Shown: positions 26,077 through 32,000 of the stretch, piece after piece
Layout: each line of letters starts with the position of its first letter
Position numbering within the stretch: the stretch's first letter is position 1
Assembly (NCBI GenBank): GCA_012520845.1
Contig: JAAYNL010000010.1
Location: 9,058 to 41,057 of the forward strand
Length of the DNA: 32,000 bases
Reading direction: 5' to 3'
From: Thermoplasmatales archaeon
GTDB lineage: Archaea > Thermoplasmatota > Thermoplasmata > Methanomassiliicoccales > Methanomethylophilaceae
Translations under genes and position numbers: made by a program
The notes under the pieces: generated by a model
Told to the model about the DNA's origin: nothing
What the model saw: the letters and a program-made list of their open reading frames with translations, nothing else
Databases searched by the model: none

Positions 26077-27186
26077 ATGGAATACAACCCGATGGCGGAG
26101 CTGGGTCTTCCCGAGTTCGACAAGCAGTTCATGTGCTCCAGCCTCGGCTTCGTCACCTGGAACTCCCTCACCAAGGACCTCTGCTCGAGATACGTCAGGA
26201 ACGGAAACAGGGTGTTCGACGTGCTGAGGCGTTACGAGACGATAGGCGCCTTCGCCCTGTCCCGCCAGAATTTCCCCTCGGTCAACAAGATGGCCCTGCC
26301 CTTCATCCACGCGGGCGGCGTCACGGACCACGACGCCTACGCCATGGCCGAGAGCGGCCTGAAACTCGTGGACGGCGCCGCCAGGGCGCTAAGGTACGTC
26401 AACGGCCTGATGCCGGCCTTCATCAGCACCAACGCCTACGAGCACCAGATGATGGCCGTTTGCGAGGAAAGCGGGTTCCCGTTCAGCAACGTCAACTGCA
26501 TGAGGGTGTCCTTCGACGAGATGAACATTACCAAGGGCGACGCCAGGAGAATCAGGTCCGCGGGCACGAAAATAACGAGCCTGCCCGTTTCCAACCAGGA
26601 CTATTCCGGCGGGAGGATGAAATACCTGGACGGCGCCGACTCCGCCCTGGTCGACGTCCTGGACAGGTTCCAGGAGAAGGACCTGATGAAAATGGAGTCG
26701 GTGACCGACGCCCTCGGCAAGCTGCCATCCCTGGGCGTCAACGAGAAGGCGTACGTCCTGCTGGAGACCAGGAAAAGGACGGAAATCAACTTCGAGGACA
26801 CCGCGTACGTCGGGAGCGATTCCTCGGACTTCCAGGCGATGGACATGGTCAAGGATTCCGACGGGCTTTCCGTGGCGTTCAACGGCACGGAATACGCCGT
26901 GAGGGGTTCCAACGTCGCGGTCGTCGGGGACGACGCCACCGTCGTCTCCGTCCTGGTGGCGGAATTCTACAACGGCGGGATCGAGGCGGTGTTTTCCCTG
27001 CTGGAACGTTGGGACGCCGATTCCCTGAGAAGGGTCCCATGCGCCGACAGGAACCTCATGGACGCCATGCTCAAGGCGTCCGGCGGGAACCTGCCCAAGG
27101 TAATCAAGACCGACGACGCGGACGAAGGCGCGTTGGAGGGTTTCATCTCCGACAGCCTTTCCCATAGGGCGAAAAACGGACTCTGA
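26077..27186 (+). CDS. EhaR-like HAD-superfamily protein, motif I apparently degenerate
   Basis: NGNRVFDVLRRYETI, LMPAFISTNAYEHQMMAVCEESGFPFSNVNCMRVSFDEMNI, YVGSDSSDFQAMDMV; 2 nt after the formyltransferase-like gene. Confidence 0.55.
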   Translation: MEYNPMAELGLPEFDKQFMCSSLGFVTWNSLTKDLCSRYVRNGNRVFDVLRRYETIGAFALSRQNFPSVNKMALPFIHAGGVTDHDAYAMAESGLKLVDGAARALRYVNGLMPAFISTNAYEHQMMAVCEESGFPFSNVNCMRVSFDEMNITKGDARRIRSAGTKITSLPVSNQDYSGGRMKYLDGADSALVDVLDRFQEKDLMKMESVTDALGKLPSLGVNEKAYVLLETRKRTEINFEDTAYVGSDSSDFQAMDMVKDSDGLSVAFNGTEYAVRGSNVAVVGDDATVVSVLVAEFYNGGIEAVFSLLERWDADSLRRVPCADRNLMDAMLKASGGNLPKVIKTDDADEGALEGFISDSLSHRAKNGL

Positions 27187-27206
27187 ACGGGGTTCGGGGA
27201 AGGATT

Positions 27207-27284
27207 TGGTGCTCGCGCCGGGATTCGAACCCGGGTGTCCGCCTCGAAAGGGCGGAATGATTGGCCTGGCTACACTACACGAGC
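27207..27284 (-). tRNA. tRNA-Glu (anticodon UUC), CCA encoded
   Basis: RC: GCTCGTG...CCGCC-CTTTCGA-GGCGG...CCGGGTTCGAATCCCGG-CGCGAGC-A-CCA; acceptor 7/7 including one G-U, anticodon stem 5 bp; TTTTAAATC box about 25 nt upstream. Confidence 0.95.
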
Positions 27285-27340
27285 GTGCGCAAGCCATAAT
27301 GGATGTGATTTAAAACGTTTTGGTACGGCCCGCGGTACCC

Positions 27341-29098
27341 TCATTCCGCGGCCGGATCGAGTTGCATGCGGTACATCGCCACCAGTTCCGCCACGGTCGT
27401 GGCGTCCTCCGGGGCCTTGTCGTCCCTGACCCTGCCGGTGAACCTCGGGAACCTTATCCCGACGCCGGAACCCTCCCTGAACACGCCCATCGCGGCGGTG
27501 TGTATCGGGCTGACGCTCATCTCCGCCCCCGCGACCTCCAGGACGACGGCCGGCTCCACCCAGACGTCGGGTTTCATCTCCGCGTCCACGTGCTTGGGGG
27601 CGGAATCCGTCTCCCACCCCTCCAGCATGCCCGGCAGGGCTTCCAGGAACGCGTCGTCGAAACCCGTGCCCAGCTTGCACACGGTTCCGTACCTTCCGGT
27701 ATCCTCGTCGTAGACGGCCATTAGCAACGCCCCGTACAGGCCCGCCCTCTTCCCGCGGCCGTGGAACGCACCCACCACCACCAGGTCGAACGTGTCGGCC
27801 AGGTCGCTCCTGTAATCCCTCTTGTATTTTATCCAGAGGAAACCCCGGGACCCGGCCCGGTACACGGAGTCGTCGTTGAGGGATTTCGCCATTATGCCCT
27901 CGCATTTCTTCGCGAGGGCGCCGTCGAAGAACGCGTCGGCCTCCCCCTCCGAGGACACGACCTCCAGATGGGTCAAACCGAGGTCCCCGCCCAGCTCGAA
28001 CGCGTCGGCCAGGGCCGCCCTCCGCTCCGGGAAGGGTTTCACCGTGTAGTCGACGCCGTCAGCGTAGAGCAGGTCGAACATGAAGAGCCTCACGGGCACC
28101 TTCATCACGGCCTCGGCCATGTTGTGCTTCCTCCTCCTGAGGGTGACGTTCTGGAACGGGAGCATCGCTTCCGTCTCCGGGTCGACGGCAACGCATTCCC
28201 CCTCCACTATGAGCGTCCCGTGGCGGCACCTTTCCCTGAGGGATTCCACGATGTCCGGGAAATTGGGGGTGAGGTCCTCCAGCCGCCTGGAGTAGAGCTT
28301 GACGCCGTCGGGGGAGATGTGGGCCTGCACCCTTATCCCGTCGTATTTGTACTCGAGGGCGCACCTGCCGCCCATCCTCCCCAGGATCTCGCCGAGGGAC
28401 GGCAGCCTCTCGGCCAACATCACCTTTATCGGGTTGCCGACGCCCACCTTGATTTCCCGCACCGCGTCCAAACCGCCGGTCGCGAGGGCCTCGGCGACGA
28501 GGCCCAGGTCGGAAGTGACGTTGAACGCCCTCTCGATCTCGTCCCTGTCGGATTTCTCGGCGAAGGCAATCGCCAAGGCGTCCAGCATCGTCATCGACGC
28601 CACGCCTATCCTCATCCTCCCGGCCACGATCCTGCAGATGTACCTGGCCTCCACGGGGTCCGAGTTGTGCAGCAGGTTGGCGAGGAGTTTCATCTTCTTG
28701 TCCTGGGAATCCCTGCCCTCGGCGTTGGCGATGGCCGTCAGCACCTCTATCACCCTGCCCAGGGTGAGCTTCTCGGAGAAGAGCGTCGTCTGCTTCTTCC
28801 TCCCCAGGAGCCTTTCCGCCACCGCGCCGGGGTCGCCGAGCTCGAACCATAGGGCCTCCGTCGCCGCGTCCGTGTCCCCGGAGGTGAAGGATATCGCCTT
28901 GAGGACCAGCCGGTCGGCCATGCCGAACTCCTTGGTGGCGAACTCAGGCCCGAGCCTGCCCTGGGACAGGTAGACCATGGACTTGAGCTCGCCCGGCCCC
29001 GCCTTGGAAAAGTAATCGGCCATGATGTCGGCCATCTCGAGCCTGCTGCTCGTGGATTCGAGTCTGTCGAACATGCCCGCCACGACGGAGAAATCCAT
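27341..29098 (-). CDS. lig: ATP-dependent DNA ligase
   Basis: CALEYKYDGIRVQAHI nucleotidyltransferase motif; EGIMAKSLNDDSVYRAGSRGFLWIKYKRDY; 585 aa. Confidence 0.95.
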   Translation of the reverse strand: MDFSVVAGMFDRLESTSSRLEMADIMADYFSKAGPGELKSMVYLSQGRLGPEFATKEFGMADRLVLKAISFTSGDTDAATEALWFELGDPGAVAERLLGRKKQTTLFSEKLTLGRVIEVLTAIANAEGRDSQDKKMKLLANLLHNSDPVEARYICRIVAGRMRIGVASMTMLDALAIAFAEKSDRDEIERAFNVTSDLGLVAEALATGGLDAVREIKVGVGNPIKVMLAERLPSLGEILGRMGGRCALEYKYDGIRVQAHISPDGVKLYSRRLEDLTPNFPDIVESLRERCRHGTLIVEGECVAVDPETEAMLPFQNVTLRRRKHNMAEAVMKVPVRLFMFDLLYADGVDYTVKPFPERRAALADAFELGGDLGLTHLEVVSSEGEADAFFDGALAKKCEGIMAKSLNDDSVYRAGSRGFLWIKYKRDYRSDLADTFDLVVVGAFHGRGKRAGLYGALLMAVYDEDTGRYGTVCKLGTGFDDAFLEALPGMLEGWETDSAPKHVDAEMKPDVWVEPAVVLEVAGAEMSVSPIHTAAMGVFREGSGVGIRFPRFTGRVRDDKAPEDATTVAELVAMYRMQLDPAAE

Positions 29099-29134
29099 GC
29101 CTCCCGATTCCGCTCGCCCGTTATAACGCTTTAC

Positions 29135-30688
29135 TCAGAAATCGCCGAGGCTGCGTTGTTTCTCGATATGTTCCAGCTTCCTTTTTTTGTGCATGCCCGC
29201 CCCGACCTTCCCTATGCGGTCGCGCATGGCCGTCTCCTTCTTCTCGCTGGTCCTCTCGAACGCCTCGTCCCTGGTGCCCTCGGCTATCAACACGTACACG
29301 GTGCCCGTGCTCTTCCTCCCGGTCCTGCCCCGCCTCTGTATCGTCCGTATCTCGGACGGTACCGGTTCGTAGAAGACGACGGCGTCGGTGTTGGCCACGT
29401 CGAGGCCCTCCTCGCCCACGGACGTGGATACGATAACGTTCAGCTCGCCGGCGCGGAAACGGTCCAGGAGCTCGATCTGCTCCCTCTGCCTAAGGCCGCC
29501 CTTGGACTGGCCGATCAGTTTGCCGACCCTCGCCCCCGGCATTCCGGACAGCTTCTCCTCCAGCATGTCGCAGGTGTCCCTGTATTGGGCGAAGACGATG
29601 ACTTTGGAACCCGGGTCGGCGGAAAGCGCCCTGCTCACGATGCCCATGACCCTGGAAACCTTTGGATGCTCGGTGTTGCTCGAGTTCGCGATTTCCCTGG
29701 CCCTGCCGAAGTCCGGCATGCCGTACAGCTCCTTGGAGCTCTTGGAGCTTTTCCTGCCGGCGACCTCCCCGTCGATCTTCGCTATGTAGTTGCGCAGTGC
29801 GGTCATCCCCTGGGTCTCCGCCAGCCCGATGGCGTGCAGTATCTTCACGCAGATCGATTGGACGGCGAGGCCGCGGAACACTATGTTGGTCTTCTCCCCG
29901 GAGGAAAGCCTGGCCTGAAGGGACCTGCCGATGGTAAGCATGTGCCTGGTCGAGGCGGGCCAATTCGGGTTTGCCAGGCCGAGGGAGACGAGTTCCCCCA
30001 TGTATCTGTTCAGGAGCTTGTTGAGGCTTGCTATGACTTCCTCGAGGTCCGCCGGGAGCTTCATGCGCACCTTCTCCACGTGGGTATCGTACACGTAGGG
30101 GGAGACGCCCGGGTCGTCCTCGTCCCTGGCGTCGATGGCCTCGAAGCCCAGGTTGCCGCAGATCTCGTTGATCCTCTCGGCGTCGCTCCCGGGGGACGCG
30201 GTCATGCCCATGGAAAGCCCCCCCATGTAATGCCTGGCGATCCCGACGTAGGCGTAGTTGCCCACCCCGCGGTGGGCCTCGTCGTAGATCACCAGGCCGA
30301 AACCGCCCAAATCGTACAGGGAATTGTCCAGATCGTTCTCGACGGCCTGGGGGGTGGACACGACGACGTCGGCCGTGGCGACGATCTCCTTCCTCTTCGC
30401 GGGCGGCACGTTCCCCGTCACGGATGCCACGACGACGTCGGAAAGGAACCTGGAAAAGGACTCGGAGTGCTGGTCGACCAGCGGCCTCGTCGGCGCCAGC
30501 AGCAGCACCCTGCCCCCGGAGGAGAGGACGTGGGCGGCCACCATCGCGGCCACGGCGGTCTTGCCGAGCCCCGTCGGCAATATTATCAGGGTGCTCCGTT
30601 TGATGCACCCCTCGGCCATGGAGATTTGGTAAAGCCTCCTCTCCATGGTGCCCGGGGCGATGCCCTGCCTGGTGACGTAACCCTCCAT
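29135..30688 (-). CDS. Hef/FANCM-like SF2 helicase lacking a nuclease domain
   Basis: RSTLIILPTGLGKTAVAAMVAAHVL, LVIYDEAHRGVGNYAYV, VSTSVGEEGLDVANTDAVVFYEPVPSEIRTIQRRGRTGR; 517 aa ending shortly after the helicase core. Confidence 0.88.
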   Translation of the reverse strand: MEGYVTRQGIAPGTMERRLYQISMAEGCIKRSTLIILPTGLGKTAVAAMVAAHVLSSGGRVLLLAPTRPLVDQHSESFSRFLSDVVVASVTGNVPPAKRKEIVATADVVVSTPQAVENDLDNSLYDLGGFGLVIYDEAHRGVGNYAYVGIARHYMGGLSMGMTASPGSDAERINEICGNLGFEAIDARDEDDPGVSPYVYDTHVEKVRMKLPADLEEVIASLNKLLNRYMGELVSLGLANPNWPASTRHMLTIGRSLQARLSSGEKTNIVFRGLAVQSICVKILHAIGLAETQGMTALRNYIAKIDGEVAGRKSSKSSKELYGMPDFGRAREIANSSNTEHPKVSRVMGIVSRALSADPGSKVIVFAQYRDTCDMLEEKLSGMPGARVGKLIGQSKGGLRQREQIELLDRFRAGELNVIVSTSVGEEGLDVANTDAVVFYEPVPSEIRTIQRRGRTGRKSTGTVYVLIAEGTRDEAFERTSEKKETAMRDRIGKVGAGMHKKRKLEHIEKQRSLGDF

Positions 30689-30730
30689 CGTCCACCGATG
30701 GGGCTTGACGGGTTTAAAACCAGCCCGGCA

Positions 30731-31054
30731 TCAGCTGCAGCCGCCGCCGCAGGAGGAGCAGCCCTTGGCGGTGGGGTCCGTTATGGTGAGGCCGGAGCCG
30801 AAGTTGGGGTCGTCGACGAAGGCTATCTCGCAGGGCGCCAGGATTTTCTTGGTCTCGTCGTCCGTGAAGAAGGACAGGCCCTTCATCTTCAGCACCTCGT
30901 CGCCCTCGGCGGCCTTCTCCTGGAAAGCCATGCCGAACTGGGGGCCGGAGCAAGCCATGCCGGAGAAGTAGATTTTGATGCCCCACCCGGACTTGCCGTT
31001 CTTCTCGAGGAGGTCGTTGATGAATTTCACTGCGTCGTCGGATATGCTGACCAT
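30731..31054 (-). CDS. IscA/HesB-like iron-sulfur cluster protein
   Basis: MVSISDDAVKFINDLLEKNG...GMACSGPQFGMAFQE...KGCSSCGGGCS; ATG 31054 preferred over 31093. Confidence 0.8.
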   Translation of the reverse strand: MVSISDDAVKFINDLLEKNGKSGWGIKIYFSGMACSGPQFGMAFQEKAAEGDEVLKMKGLSFFTDDETKKILAPCEIAFVDDPNFGSGLTITDPTAKGCSSCGGGCS

Positions 31055-31126
31055 ATGTATCGCCCATTGAACATTCGCATCGTATTTAATCATAGCCCAT
31101 TTACGAAAACGGCGCTGGGTCTCCCC

Positions 31127-31516
31127 TCATTCCCCGTCCCTGGGGAACAGCTCGTCGAACTTCCTCAGGGCGTAGGACTGGGCCTTGGTCATCGCCATGT
31201 ACGTGCCGATCATTATGGCCTCGAAGACCTCGTCCTTCGTGGCGCCTGCACCGACGGCGTTCTGGACCTGCACGTTGACGCAGTGCTCCCCGCCCATGGC
31301 GGACGCGGCGGAGACGGCGCACAGATAGGCGGTTTTCTTCTGCAGGCTCGCCTCGGGATTCTCCATTACCGCCTTCCCGTACCGGGACAGGGGGACGAAC
31401 ACGTCCGGCCTCTGCGATATGATGTCCATGATGGGCGGGACGAAGCCGTACAGCTTCTCCATGCCCTTCAGTATGCGCTCGGTCTGCTCTTCCAGGGACA
31501 TTACCTTCCGTTCCAT
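31127..31516 (-). CDS. Carboxymuconolactone decarboxylase/AhpD-like protein
   Basis: KTAYLCAVSAASAMGGEHCVNVQVQNAVGAGATKDEVFEAIMIGTYM; typical CMD family pattern. Confidence 0.82.
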   Translation of the reverse strand: MERKVMSLEEQTERILKGMEKLYGFVPPIMDIISQRPDVFVPLSRYGKAVMENPEASLQKKTAYLCAVSAASAMGGEHCVNVQVQNAVGAGATKDEVFEAIMIGTYMAMTKAQSYALRKFDELFPRDGE

Positions 31517-31691
31517 GACCGACGTAACCTTGTGAGGAATTATAAGGGTAACCTGGCAACGGATTCCCTACTGCATGTATGACCCAGAGGGCGAAGCACC
31601 ATATTGCGTAACTGTAGCGTTCCCACTAAATATCGTCGCAAGGCGAGCGATATCCGACGGCGACGGAAGAAAGTCGTCGCGGAGGTATAGC

Positions 31692-32000
31692 AAGTGGACA
31701 GAGAAGAGACGCTGAGCAAATCGTTCAAGCGGATAGGCAAGGAATACGGATACGACAGCGTGGAGGCGGAGTTCGCCGCCTTCAAGGAATTCAAGGTGCG
31801 CTGGCAGCGTTCCTACAGGTGGGCGGAGTTCAAGGTCTCCGACTACCTGATGGACGCCCCGGCGGAAGTGGTCGACGACCTGGCGGCCACGCTGTTCTCG
31901 AAGATAACCTGCTCCGGCAGGAAGAACGGGTCTACGGCCATGAGGGATTGGGTCACCAACCCCGCCTTCGCCAAATACAAACAGCCCGTGTATCTGAGAA
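31692..32000 (+). CDS. Conserved hypothetical protein, partial (runs off the right edge)
   Basis: GTG start after in-frame TAG: VDREETLSKSFKRIGKEYGYDSVEAEFAAFKEFKVRWQRSYRWAEFKVSDYLMDAPAEVVDDLAATLFSKI...; may be a metallopeptidase-like family, not certain. Confidence 0.55.

Noticed and set aside
27761-28852. 363-aa plus ORF opposite the DNA ligase
   Set aside because: Antisense shadow of ligase coding sequence.
29156-31582. 808-aa plus ORF opposite the helicase and IscA-like genes
   Set aside because: It crosses three minus-strand genes and is compositionally biased with no domain; shadow ORF.
1-32000. CRISPR array, cas genes, prophage or complete insertion sequence
   Set aside because: No regularly spaced repeats, capsid/terminase/integrase or intact transposase motifs were seen by eye on either strand.

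Overview
The window reads as chromosomal DNA from a methanogenic archaeon. F430 biosynthesis genes next to Thermoplasmata-like organisation suggest Methanomassiliicoccales, but that is inference. Starting at the left edge it contains: a partial secreted protein; a porGDAB pyruvate:ferredoxin oxidoreductase operon; a stand-alone 5S rRNA; a DUF92 membrane protein; a pyrB-pyrI-kinase-small protein operon; and archaeosine synthase arcS. Next is a metal/cofactor ABC importer whose substrate-binding protein carries an N-terminal dockerin-like Ca-binding pair. The importer ATPase is encoded directly after a duplicated CbiX/CfbA-type chelatase. A second F430 operon follows (SAM methyltransferase - cfbC - 36-codon ORF - cfbE - cfbD - cfbB). 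Further right are an AT-rich two-gene module with a 59-aa antitoxin-like ORF overlapping a GNAT-toxin-like gene, a divergent ilvC overlapping a cyclophilin-like gene, pepQ, nadX-like, an ATP/DUF4143-type ATPase in a lower-GC patch, archease, a formyltransferase-like gene, an EhaR-like HAD protein lacking its motif I aspartates, tRNA-Glu(UUC), ATP-dependent DNA ligase, a Hef-like helicase, an IscA/HesB-like protein and a CMD-family protein. The best leads are the split importer/F430 locus, the unlisted small ORFs (18682-18861 and 14759-14869), the hairpin elements around the importer genes, and the GNAT toxin-antitoxin-like pair. No CRISPR array, complete transposon or phage module was seen. 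All family assignments are from recognising sequence motifs; no search was run.
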